From sequence record AP019559: a DNA stretch of 64,000 bases; one strand, 5' to 3'. The stretch comes from Escherichia phage SP15. Of the stretch, positions 26,515 through 35,436 are shown piece after piece (position 1 is the first letter of the stretch; the number at the start of each line of letters is the position of its first letter). Position numbers and translations under genes: made by a program. The notes under the pieces are model-generated. The model had not been told where the DNA came from and made no database searches. It saw only the letters and a program-made list of their open reading frames with translations.

Positions 26515-27049
26515 AATTTCATTTGCAAGGGAGTATTATTTTATAGTATAATATTCCCATAAATGAGAGATATTAGTAAAAATTGATTTTGCTAATTTTT
26601 CTTGTTTACAATCCGCGATACGGAACAGTTAGGCTGCCCCATTAAGGGTTGTTTTAACTGTTACGTGTTAGTTTTTAAGCAAATAATTAATAGAATACTT
26701 AGCGATCTGCGTCCCGTAGGAACCCTGGTAAGGCCTCGAAGCAACCTAGATAGAGGTGGTTGTGAAGTGAGACGGGAGGAGTGAAAAACTCCGAGACGTG
26801 ATTCTGTAAGTTATATTGCATCTAGTATGAGCTAGTATATGAAGCATTAGGTGAGCAAATCTGGCTTAGCGGCCATCCTCAAGGATTTGTGCGGTATAGC
26901 AAAGCAGCAGCGCAGCGTGAAAGTGGAAGTTGCCACCCCACTTCAGTATTTGCGATTAATTTGTTGAGAAATTGACAGTAACAGTTGTTCTATTCTTTCT
27001 GAATAGTCCTAAAGAAAACTTATTTCATTTCCAACACAGGAGTATTGTT

Positions 27050-29839
27050 GTGTTTTCAATCCTACAAGGTCATGCAGGATTTCATCGCGATTTAGCCACA
27101 GGCAATTGGCGAGAAGTTAAGGCAGAAGATTATCTTTTTGCTAAAAGATTTTCCTCAAAGCATCCCGAAGGTAAACCAGCTTCAATGCCCTTCAAGTTTG
27201 ATGTAATTGATGAAGTTGATCCTCAAACCCTAGTAGAAATGCTTCCTCTTATGAGACGTTTAACGTCTGACCCTCATATCGTTGCGGTACGAGGTCGATG
27301 TCTTGCACCTAAAAATAATGTGCGACGTAAGAAGGGCAACTTTAATGTATCTAATCCAAGTCATATAATCGCAATGGATGTGGATGGTATTGTAGATACA
27401 GGAGGTTGTAACAAGTTTGATCTTGTTGGCATGGCGCGTCATATTATTAGGATGTTGAATAGTATTAGTGAGGATATGTTTCCTCTTGATGCAGGGTTTA
27501 TTGCTCATGCATCATCTTCGGCTGGCCTAAAACCAGGTATCCGAATGCACTTAATACTAGAATCTAATGTTAAAGTTACACAGGGTCAGATCAAGTTCTT
27601 ATTTACATCTATCAACGAAAGTAGTAGACAAAAGTATGGCTTTGATATTGCCGACTTAGCTTATTACTCTTCCGTACAGCTCCACTATTTTGCAGATCCT
27701 TTATTTACTGATGGTATAGTTGATCCGTTTAAAGCGGAGGGTGCTTCACGTCTGGTATTTGTTAAAGGCTCAAAAGTAAATTTACCTAATAATCTAGTTG
27801 ACTATGAAACAACTAGAGGAGAGTTTAAAGAGGAATTCTACTCTTTACTCGATCAAATTAAAGGTAAAAAAGCCGCCTCCGATAAAGTAGAGGAAACTAT
27901 CAGCGAACTAGAAGAAGCTGAGGATGGAGTGTATCTACGTATTATTCCTAAACTCTATCACAGGGCTTTAGAGGATGGTGTTGATTTTGCATGGCTAGAA
28001 AAAGAAATCCGCCCAGCCTTATCAGAGTATATTGCAACTAAAGATAATAGTCGTAATATTCAAGATTATTTTAACAACGGTAGAAAACAGGCTCTGAAAG
28101 CGTTTGTTAATAATTCTAAACGTGATATACCGGATGTTTTAAAAGGTATTCCACTTAAAAAGCTAGAAACTAACTCTCTAGAGACTGATAACTTCTTGAA
28201 ATTAAATACTGTACCACCAGAAGGTTATATGACTTTTGTAAAAGCAAGTCTAGGTACAGGTAAAACTACGGCGGTTGTGCGTTGGTTAGATTCAGGAGTT
28301 ATTAAGGGTAATTTCTTAGCAATTACCAATACTCGAGCACTGGTATCTTCAAATGCTAAGAAATTTAGTGCAGGACAATATGATAAGTCTGTAGATATGC
28401 TTAATTTTAAGCGTGGCGCTATTGACCGTATGTCCACAACTATACATTCTTTGCATAAGTTCAAGAGTTTTATTGGTCAAATCGATGCAATCTTTATCGA
28501 TGAATGTGACGCTGTAATGAATGACCTATTATTCGCCCCGGTTGTTAAACAACGTCGTGAATGTATTCAGGTTCTTCGGGATATTCTTGCAACTGCAAAA
28601 ATCATTATATTATCTGATGGTGATATTAGTGCTGAAACAATTGAAGCATATGGTTCTTTGATTGAGTTTGATAAACCGGTTGCATTTTATAATCATCACC
28701 GTAAGATGCTGTCAAAAGCTCATGCTTATGAGTTCCCTGATGAATCTAGTATTTGGGTTGCACTTCAGACCTCTCTAGAGATGGGTGAGAAATCTATTCT
28801 GGTATCTGATTGTGGGCCGGATGAGCTGAATGAGAAAGGTATGGCACTGCGTCGTAATACGGGTGCGTTAGTTAAGGAAATCCATTCAAACTCTACCTCA
28901 GATGTGGATATTAGACGTATTCTGGATTACACAACTAATGAACTAATTGATCAACAAATTGATTGTTTATTATGTAGTCCATCCGTAACGAGTGGTGTTG
29001 ACTTTAACTATTTTGATAACGTATTTGTTATTACTAGAACTAGTAATCAAGCGCCAAACATGCGTTTCCAAGCAATCAGGCGCGACCGTGGTGCTCAGAA
29101 TATCTATTATTTTATTGATAAATCCACTAGTGGATTCTCCGCAGGTTCTGAACAATATAATATTGATGAGGGTTGGCTGGAGTTAGCACAGCAATTATAC
29201 GCACGTCGCAGGGAGCTGGAATCTAGGAACTATACTAGTACTTTACGTTATTACTTACTTGATCAGGGTGCAACTATTGATATTTTCAGTGAAAGCTGGG
29301 GAACTATTGAAGGTGCTGGTAAAGAGTATACAGAAGAGCGAATCAAAGCTATTCTGCACTCAACTCCTGATTATTGTGCTCCACGTCATGCGGATGCGTA
29401 TGAAGCTAAACTACTTCTTGTTCGCTATTATCATCTGGAGTCTATTAAAGATGTAACCGTTGAGCATGTTGAACAATATATCAAAGATAAGCCGAATGAT
29501 CGAGCTGCATTCTTCCATAAGATGCATGAGATGTTCTGGGAAGATATTAAGAAGTGTTCAAATGTCACTATCAAACCTTTCATAGAAGCTCTGAAAGGTA
29601 AGAAGAAAGATTTCTTCCTTAAAACAGGTCAGAGTGCTAACCCAAAATATGCTAGAATGTATCTTGGTATGATGGGTATTGGTAAAGATATGAACACGGA
29701 GAATATCGTAGACTGGTACAGAACCTATTGTAAAATCGAGTGTATGCCAATTCCTTTCAAATTCATGACAGAGGAAGAACGTCAGATGCACGAGGAAGCA
29801 ATGTCAGAGCTAGGTGCTAGAAATGACAGTGAAGAATAA
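27050..29839 (+). CDS. large P-loop NTPase, putative replication initiation/origin-binding helicase-like protein
   Basis: Walker A SLGTGKTTAV and Walker B IFIDECDAV; likely GTG start 27050 after AGGAG (track start 26972 is TTG inside a TTGACA box). Confidence 0.6.
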   Translation: MFSILQGHAGFHRDLATGNWREVKAEDYLFAKRFSSKHPEGKPASMPFKFDVIDEVDPQTLVEMLPLMRRLTSDPHIVAVRGRCLAPKNNVRRKKGNFNVSNPSHIIAMDVDGIVDTGGCNKFDLVGMARHIIRMLNSISEDMFPLDAGFIAHASSSAGLKPGIRMHLILESNVKVTQGQIKFLFTSINESSRQKYGFDIADLAYYSSVQLHYFADPLFTDGIVDPFKAEGASRLVFVKGSKVNLPNNLVDYETTRGEFKEEFYSLLDQIKGKKAASDKVEETISELEEAEDGVYLRIIPKLYHRALEDGVDFAWLEKEIRPALSEYIATKDNSRNIQDYFNNGRKQALKAFVNNSKRDIPDVLKGIPLKKLETNSLETDNFLKLNTVPPEGYMTFVKASLGTGKTTAVVRWLDSGVIKGNFLAITNTRALVSSNAKKFSAGQYDKSVDMLNFKRGAIDRMSTTIHSLHKFKSFIGQIDAIFIDECDAVMNDLLFAPVVKQRRECIQVLRDILATAKIIILSDGDISAETIEAYGSLIEFDKPVAFYNHHRKMLSKAHAYEFPDESSIWVALQTSLEMGEKSILVSDCGPDELNEKGMALRRNTGALVKEIHSNSTSDVDIRRILDYTTNELIDQQIDCLLCSPSVTSGVDFNYFDNVFVITRTSNQAPNMRFQAIRRDRGAQNIYYFIDKSTSGFSAGSEQYNIDEGWLELAQQLYARRRELESRNYTSTLRYYLLDQGATIDIFSESWGTIEGAGKEYTEERIKAILHSTPDYCAPRHADAYEAKLLLVRYYHLESIKDVTVEHVEQYIKDKPNDRAAFFHKMHEMFWEDIKKCSNVTIKPFIEALKGKKKDFFLKTGQSANPKYARMYLGMMGIGKDMNTENIVDWYRTYCKIECMPIPFKFMTEEERQMHEEAMSELGARNDSEE

Positions 29840-30056
29840 AAAATGGGAAACAAGGAAGTTTCCAGTAAAAGAACGCAAAGTTCCTGTTTATGATACTTCG
29901 GAGAAGCTATGTAGGGTGGTACCGCATAGATTAGCTGGTATCCCTAACATATCCGAGTGGTTACTTAAACAACGGAGGACTAACGTATCTCTTCGCGTAG
30001 GGTTTGAGTTAGATAAAGTATATGCTGAACTTTCTTCTTTGCTCAAAGAATCATAA
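29823..30056 (+). CDS. hypothetical protein
   Basis: 77 aa from ATG 29823; overlaps end of preceding gene. Confidence 0.4.
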   Translation: MTVKNKKWETRKFPVKERKVPVYDTSEKLCRVVPHRLAGIPNISEWLLKQRRTNVSLRVGFELDKVYAELSSLLKES

Positions 30057-30065
30057 AAAATTTAT

Positions 30066-30094
30066 TTGCTTTCAGGAAAAATTTTCTGTATAAT
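30066..30094 (+). promoter_or_regulatory. T5 P_N25-like early promoter
   Basis: AAATTTATTTGCTTTCAGGAAAATTTTTCTGTATAATAGATTCATAAATTTGAGAGAGGAG matches the P_N25 sequence as I recall it. Confidence 0.75.
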
Positions 30095-30125
30095 AGATTC
30101 ATAAATTTGAGAGAGGAGTTTAAAT

Positions 30126-30830
30126 ATGGCTGGTTCTCGCAGAAAGAAACATATCCATGAAATCCCGGATGAAGTCTTTAAAAAAGTTATAGAGCACCTG
30201 GAGAACGGTGGTACTAAGAAAGCAGCATGTGAAATGCTCGGCGTATCATCCAATCCAACTATGGAAAGGATGATAGAAGAGTGGCAAGACCGGCAGATCC
30301 AAGTTGCCGAGATGAAGAAAAAGAAACGCGGTACACTCATTGAAGGCATTGAGTTGGCCAACGTTATTGAACAGTATCTATCTGGTGATTCCTTTGAGGA
30401 GATTGCCGATCGTAATTATCGTTCTGTAGCAATGGTTAAATCTGTTCTGGAACGCTATGGTGCTCTGCTTCGTTTGAACGATATTGTAGATCCATTGAAC
30501 CCACCAATTATTCCTGATGATGCTGTAGCAGAAGAATTTGAGGTAGGTGAGCTTGTTTGGGTTCCTGGATACCAGTGTATCGGTGAAATCAAAAAAGCAA
30601 TGGATAACCCTGTCGGTTGTTACCGTGTATGGCTTCTATCAGAAGGCAAACAACAGAACGTTCATTATATGAATTACGAGCTGGCTTCTGTTAAACATCT
30701 GGAAAAGTTAGGGGTTGATGTAAAGTCTCTGGGGTACAAATGGTCCCGGGAAGAAGTTATCACACTGATTAACGAAGCTGTTAAGGCTGCCCTGAAACTT
30801 GATAAAGAAAAAGGTAAACGTCGTGAGTAG
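30126..30830 (+). CDS. putative DNA-binding (HTH) early protein downstream of P_N25-like promoter
   Basis: 234 aa; strong promoter and GAGAGGAG RBS upstream. Confidence 0.6.
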   Translation: MAGSRRKKHIHEIPDEVFKKVIEHLENGGTKKAACEMLGVSSNPTMERMIEEWQDRQIQVAEMKKKKRGTLIEGIELANVIEQYLSGDSFEEIADRNYRSVAMVKSVLERYGALLRLNDIVDPLNPPIIPDDAVAEEFEVGELVWVPGYQCIGEIKKAMDNPVGCYRVWLLSEGKQQNVHYMNYELASVKHLEKLGVDVKSLGYKWSREEVITLINEAVKAALKLDKEKGKRRE

Positions 30831-31074
30831 ACTAACTGATTTACTTAAAGATGGGGAAGTAAAAACGCTATATCGTAGAAGCTGGGATAACGATAATAAC
30901 GGCTTAGTGTTACTAACTTTAGATGCTGACTCGGATGTAGCTACTCAGCATACCTGGGTAGCCGGTAACTATCCATATAGCGAGGTTGTTTCATTAACAG
31001 TATGCGAAGCTATTGCGGACGATTGGGAGGTTGCCAGCATTGATGATATGCTCGCTGTTGGCCTGGTGGAGTAA
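30799..31074 (+). CDS. hypothetical protein
   Basis: Start uncertain; GTG at 30823 follows an AAGGTA SD-like sequence. Confidence 0.4.
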   Translation: MIKKKVNVVSRLTDLLKDGEVKTLYRRSWDNDNNGLVLLTLDADSDVATQHTWVAGNYPYSEVVSLTVCEAIADDWEVASIDDMLAVGLVE

Positions 31075-31091
31075 CTACTTAAAAATTTCAG

Positions 31092-31120
31092 TTGCTTAAT
31101 CCTATAATTCTTGATATAAT
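31092..31120 (+). promoter_or_regulatory. T5-type early promoter
   Basis: TTGCTT-17 nt-TATAAT. Confidence 0.55.
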
Positions 31121-31177
31121 ATTCTCATAGTTTGAAAGAACTATTCTGTTTAATTCTTAATTAAGGAAATATAAAAT

Positions 31178-31588
31178 ATGACTACTCCAACTCAGTGGAC
31201 TGATGAACTGTTTGAAAAAATGTCTTCCGAATATGTTGCTCGTATGGAGCAATTCCCAGAGGATGAACGTCCGGGTGTTAGCATGGAAATTGTTAGCGAA
31301 ATTGCCCAGGAAAATGGTGTAACTCCGAACGGTTTTCGTATGAAGCTGACTAAAGCAGGTTTGTATATCAAGAAAGCTGCTGGTTCTACTTCGAAATCTA
31401 GCGCATCTACTGGAGAAAAAGCTTCCGGTGGTTCTCGTACCTCCAAAGCTCAAGCCCATGCCGACCTTCGTTCAGCTTTCTCTGATGCTGGCTTAGCACC
31501 AGATTTTCTGGATGATGCAATTATCGACAAACTGACCGGTAAAGCGGCTGCTCATCTGGCAGAAGCAATCCGAGCTATCACTAAGTAA
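31178..31588 (+). CDS. hypothetical protein
   Basis: 136-aa ORF, AAGGAAA RBS. Confidence 0.55.
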   Translation: MTTPTQWTDELFEKMSSEYVARMEQFPEDERPGVSMEIVSEIAQENGVTPNGFRMKLTKAGLYIKKAAGSTSKSSASTGEKASGGSRTSKAQAHADLRSAFSDAGLAPDFLDDAIIDKLTGKAAAHLAEAIRAITK

Positions 31589-31625
31589 TATTTAGATAAA
31601 TCCACCAACAAAAGGAACTATAGCT

Positions 31626-31922
31626 ATGACTAAAGCTGAAATTATTGCACAGTGCGAAAAATTTGGTGAGTTTTATCTTCATTACGAGAAACTTCGTCAG
31701 AAAGGAACCACGTACCTTCAGGGTACAATGGAATTTGATCCAGCCCAAGATAAATATCTGGCTGAGCGTATTAAACGTGAACGTATTCGTAAAGCGAAAG
31801 ATGATGAAATCCTTGTCTTCTCTCGTACTAATGATAGCTTCCGTTTTATTCCTGTCGAGAAAGTTCGTCGTGTGACTAGCCTCCAATCAGAGTTAGATCG
31901 TGCTTCTCCAGTAGGCCGATAA
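31626..31922 (+). CDS. hypothetical protein
   Basis: 98-aa ORF followed by hairpin terminator. Confidence 0.55.
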   Translation: MTKAEIIAQCEKFGEFYLHYEKLRQKGTTYLQGTMEFDPAQDKYLAERIKRERIRKAKDDEILVFSRTNDSFRFIPVEKVRRVTSLQSELDRASPVGR

Positions 31923-31924
31923 GA

Positions 31925-31952
31925 AAACAATTAGCCCCTATATGGGGCTTTT
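31925..31952 (+). terminator. rho-independent terminator
   Basis: AGCCCCTATATGGGGCT hairpin then TTTTTGTG. Confidence 0.6.
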
Positions 31953-31972
31953 TGTGTATTTGGGATATGTAA

Positions 31973-32281
31973 ATGAGCGAACAGGTAAATCAAAACTATG
32001 AAGGACACGTTGATGACCAGTCCATCATACTTTGGGAGAAGGAGGGGGAACAAGTAAGATTAACAGTATCTGAATTTCGTGGGAATCTATACATGGGTAT
32101 TCGTTACTGGCTTCTTGATATTAATGATGAATGGTTTCCAACGAAATCTGGCTTCTCTTTTCCTTACACCCTAGAAACAACATCACAGCTTTTCTATGCG
32201 TTTACACAGATTCTTAGCGAATCTGAGGTTTTACATGAAGTACAGAAACGAGCTGAAGAACTCAAAGCCAAGAATGCCTAG
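31973..32281 (+). CDS. PC4-like ssDNA-binding protein
   Basis: VRLTVSEFRGNLYMGIRYW...PTKSGFSF resembles the PC4/YdbC fold signature. Confidence 0.45.
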   Translation: MSEQVNQNYEGHVDDQSIILWEKEGEQVRLTVSEFRGNLYMGIRYWLLDINDEWFPTKSGFSFPYTLETTSQLFYAFTQILSESEVLHEVQKRAEELKAKNA

Positions 32282-32308
32282 TTCTTGGCTTTTTCTTTAT
32301 AAATGTAT

Positions 32309-32337
32309 TTGCTTTCAACTCAGTTTTGTTATATAAT
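32309..32337 (+). promoter_or_regulatory. T5-type early promoter
   Basis: TTGCTT-17 nt-TATAAT, conserved leader. Confidence 0.55.
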
Positions 32338-32367
32338 ATTTATATAAATTAATGAGAGGATTGCAAA

Positions 32368-32640
32368 GTGAAAAAGATAAATATAAGTACACTTAAACCT
32401 TTTCCATATATCGGACAGCCTCTCATCCTCATGTGGGAGGAAAAGATTAATGGGGAAAAGTATACTAAAACTAGAATTGGGTATAAACTGATTTCACTTT
32501 ATTACGAAAAAGAAGTATTAATAGCTGAAATATACTCTCCATTATCGGATAGGCTAGTAAAAACTACATATTTGCATCTTTGCAAAAATTATACGTGGCA
32601 CGGATCTACCAGACAACCCACGTACTATGAGGCAGAATAA
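32368..32640 (+). CDS. hypothetical protein
   Basis: 90-aa ORF, GTG start. Confidence 0.45.
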   Translation: MKKINISTLKPFPYIGQPLILMWEEKINGEKYTKTRIGYKLISLYYEKEVLIAEIYSPLSDRLVKTTYLHLCKNYTWHGSTRQPTYYEAE

Positions 32641-33612
32641 ATGACTAATGTAAAAGAATTTATTAAACGCTGTCAAGAAGCATATTATCGGGGTATGTCT
32701 TTAATCTCTGATGAGGAGTATGATTGCCTGGTAAAACGCTTCCCGTTAGAAGAAGAGATCGGGCCTAAGGGTGATATTCCACATCTGTACCGTATGTATT
32801 CTTTACAGAAAGTTTATTATAATCGTGGGGATAAACCACCATTTAATCCTTTAGGTCAGGTAGAAACTGATAAGTTAGATGGTTGTGCAATTTCTCTGCT
32901 ATATATTAACGGCGAATTTGTTCAAGCACTAACTCGTGGTAATGGTATTCTAGGGAATGATGTCACAAGCAACGTAAGACTGCTGAATATCCCTAAAAAG
33001 ATTTCCCAAAAAGTACCAACTCAAATCACTGGTGAAGTTCTAATTACAAAAGAAGTAGAAAATAAACGTAACTTTGCCTCTGGTGCTATTAACCTCAAAG
33101 ATAGTGATGATTTCGTACAACGTATCGGGGAAGGTGGTTTAATCTTCGTTGCATACGGTATCCAGTGTTCTGCCGAATCTGTAGGTATTACAGAAGCATA
33201 CTTAAAAGATATGCTTTGGCTAGAGAATGAGAACTTCTTAACAGTTGTTAATGTGCGTTCCTTCTTTAAATGGATTCCGACGGACGGTAAAGTTGTTCGT
33301 ATTAATGACAACAACAAATTCTTCCGAGAAGGCTGGACTAATAAATTCCCTCGCGGGGCGTTCGCTATTAAAGAGGATGAAGAAGGCGAGATTACAACTC
33401 TTACTAAAGTTGAATGGCAGGTAGGGGCTTCTGGTAAAGTAACTCCAGTTGGTTATTTCGAACCGGTAATTATTGATGATGCTACAATTGTTAAAGCGAC
33501 TCTTAATAACGTTGATTATATTAACTCTCTCGATCTAGAGATCGGTTGCCAGATTCGAGTGATTCGTGCTGGTGGTGTAATCCCGTGCATAGTAGAGCGA
33601 GTATACGATTAA
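32641..33612 (+). CDS. NAD-dependent DNA ligase, adenylation/OB-fold part (split ligase subunit A)
   Basis: Adenylation motif TDKLDG (KxDG), RGDG-like and OB-fold blocks. Confidence 0.75.
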   Translation: MTNVKEFIKRCQEAYYRGMSLISDEEYDCLVKRFPLEEEIGPKGDIPHLYRMYSLQKVYYNRGDKPPFNPLGQVETDKLDGCAISLLYINGEFVQALTRGNGILGNDVTSNVRLLNIPKKISQKVPTQITGEVLITKEVENKRNFASGAINLKDSDDFVQRIGEGGLIFVAYGIQCSAESVGITEAYLKDMLWLENENFLTVVNVRSFFKWIPTDGKVVRINDNNKFFREGWTNKFPRGAFAIKEDEEGEITTLTKVEWQVGASGKVTPVGYFEPVIIDDATIVKATLNNVDYINSLDLEIGCQIRVIRAGGVIPCIVERVYD

Positions 33613-33755
33613 CTAACAACCCTTTGCTACCCATCTACCATATCGGAATTATAAAGTGGTTATTGACATTTTCGCCGCTTAGGTATATACTATTATCATT
33701 CAGTTGAGGGATAGAAAGTTATGGCGAGGGTAAGCAAAGTTAGTTAAAATTGTAG

Positions 33756-33784
33756 TTGCTAAATGCTTAAATACTTGCTATAAT
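33756..33784 (+). promoter_or_regulatory. T5-type early promoter for ligase subunit B
   Basis: TTGCTA-17 nt-TATAAT. Confidence 0.55.
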
Positions 33785-33814
33785 ATTTATATAAATTGAT
33801 AAGGAAGAAATTTG

Positions 33815-34594
33815 ATGAAAATCGAAATTCCAACACAATGTCCCTCTTGTGGTTCTAAGCTCGATCTTGTCAACGGACAATTATTCTGTCGTAATAAGTC
33901 CAACTGTCCAGCACAATCAAGTAAGTTAATTGAGAACTTCTGTACAAAAATGAAGTTAAAGGGTTTTGGCCCAAAAACTATTGAGAAGCTGGAGCTGACG
34001 AAGATTTCAGAACTATTTTACCTAACCGAAGAAGATTTGGTTAGAGCCGTGGGTAGCAAGGTTGCCGCTAAGTTAATTAGCGAATTAAATACTAAAGTTC
34101 GCGGAGACATTGACTTTGGTTCAGTTCTCGGTTCTTTAGGAATCCCTCTAATTGGAGAGGTTGCAGCAAAGAAATTATCCCAAAATTGCACTAGCTTCCA
34201 CGATGTGAAGGCTGACGGCAAGGCTGGAGAAAACTATAAAGCCTGGCTAAATTCCACACAAGGCAAGGATGTTATCGAATTACCGTGGAAATTCACAACT
34301 GGTATTAAAGGTGCTAAAGCCGAGGTCATCATTACTGATGGTCTAGTAGCCCAACCAAATGGAATAACGGTATGTATTACCGGATCTTTGCAAGATTTTG
34401 CAAATAGAACGGATGCAACAAACTATCTAGAAGGTCTAGGGTATACTGTTAAAAAATCAGTTACCAAAGACGTTAAATACCTAATCTGTGAGGATGAATC
34501 TAAGCGTTCTTCCTCATCTTATAAGAAAGCCGAAACGAATGGGATAGAAATCCTGTCGATTAAAGAACTATTGGAGAAAAATAATAATGTCTAA
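33815..34594 (+). CDS. NAD-dependent DNA ligase, Zn-finger/HhH/BRCT part (split ligase subunit B)
   Basis: CPSCGSKL...CRNKSNCPAQ Zn-finger, HhH-like GIPLIGEV, C-terminal BRCT-like region; ATG 33815. Confidence 0.7.
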   Translation: MKIEIPTQCPSCGSKLDLVNGQLFCRNKSNCPAQSSKLIENFCTKMKLKGFGPKTIEKLELTKISELFYLTEEDLVRAVGSKVAAKLISELNTKVRGDIDFGSVLGSLGIPLIGEVAAKKLSQNCTSFHDVKADGKAGENYKAWLNSTQGKDVIELPWKFTTGIKGAKAEVIITDGLVAQPNGITVCITGSLQDFANRTDATNYLEGLGYTVKKSVTKDVKYLICEDESKRSSSSYKKAETNGIEILSIKELLEKNNNV

Positions 34595-35354
34595 ACTGAA
34601 CTGGAACGTAGAGGGTGTAACCGAGTCTCTGAAAGCAAAAGCCACTGCTCTGGGTGTTGATGTAATCTCTCAAGAACAAGTAGCTGCTATCGCTGCTGAA
34701 CTGGCTGCTGAAACTGGCAAAGACGTTACCGCTCGCTCTGTTGGCTCTAAGCTGCGTAAAGAAGGTTTCGAAGTACAGAAAGCTAACGAAGTACAGAAAT
34801 CCCCGTGGACTCCTGAGCAGGAAGCTGAACTGGTTGATTTCCTGAACGCTCATGCTGGTCAGTATACTTATGCTGAAATCGCTGCTGCTGTAGCTGGTGG
34901 TCAGTTCGGTGCTAAACAGGTACAGGGTAAGATCCTGAGTCTGGAAATGACCGCTTCTGTTAAACCAACTGAAAAAGCTGCTGCTGTTCGTTCCTTCACC
35001 CCTGATGAAGAAACTGATTTTGTTAACCAGGTTGTTGCTGGTGCTACTATTGAAGCTATCGCTGCTCACTTCGGTCGCAATATTAAGCAGATCCGTGGTA
35101 AAGCTCTGAGTCTGCTTCGTGAAGGTCGTATCGCCGCTATGCCGGTACAGGAAACTTCAAGTGCTAAAACTCGTGAAGATCTGTTAGAAGGTCTGGATCT
35201 GGCTAACATGACCGTTGCTGAGATTGCTGAGAAAACTGGTAAGTCTGAGCGTGGTGTTAAATCTATGCTGTCTCGTCGTGGTCTGGTTGCTAAGGACTAT
35301 GATGGTGCCGCTAAGCGTGCTAAACTGGATGCAAAAGCTGCGGCTGCTGAATAA
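34587..35354 (+). CDS. putative DNA-binding protein with three tandem HTH-like repeats; highly expressed codon usage
   Basis: Repeats TYAEIAAAVAG, TIEAIAAHFGRNIKQIRGKALSL, TVAEIAEKTGKSERGVKSMLSRRGL; strong CTG/CGT/GCT/GGT bias. Confidence 0.55.
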   Translation: MSKLNWNVEGVTESLKAKATALGVDVISQEQVAAIAAELAAETGKDVTARSVGSKLRKEGFEVQKANEVQKSPWTPEQEAELVDFLNAHAGQYTYAEIAAAVAGGQFGAKQVQGKILSLEMTASVKPTEKAAAVRSFTPDEETDFVNQVVAGATIEAIAAHFGRNIKQIRGKALSLLREGRIAAMPVQETSSAKTREDLLEGLDLANMTVAEIAEKTGKSERGVKSMLSRRGLVAKDYDGAAKRAKLDAKAAAAE

Positions 35355-35372
35355 TCTGGTAAATTAAACCTA

Positions 35373-35403
35373 AGGGGAGGGGGCTATGCTCCTTCCCCTT
35401 TTT
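35373..35403 (+). terminator. rho-independent terminator after the HTH-repeat protein gene
   Basis: 8-bp stem GGGGAGGG/CCTTCCCC then TTTTT. Confidence 0.6.
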
Positions 35404-35436
35404 GCATTTAGAAGGCACGAAAGCGTGCAAAGGAGA

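Noticed and set aside
26602-26784. ORF 26602..26784 (60 aa)
   Set aside because: No RBS, lies in a GC-variable non-coding stretch; treated as part of the non-coding region reported in the findings.
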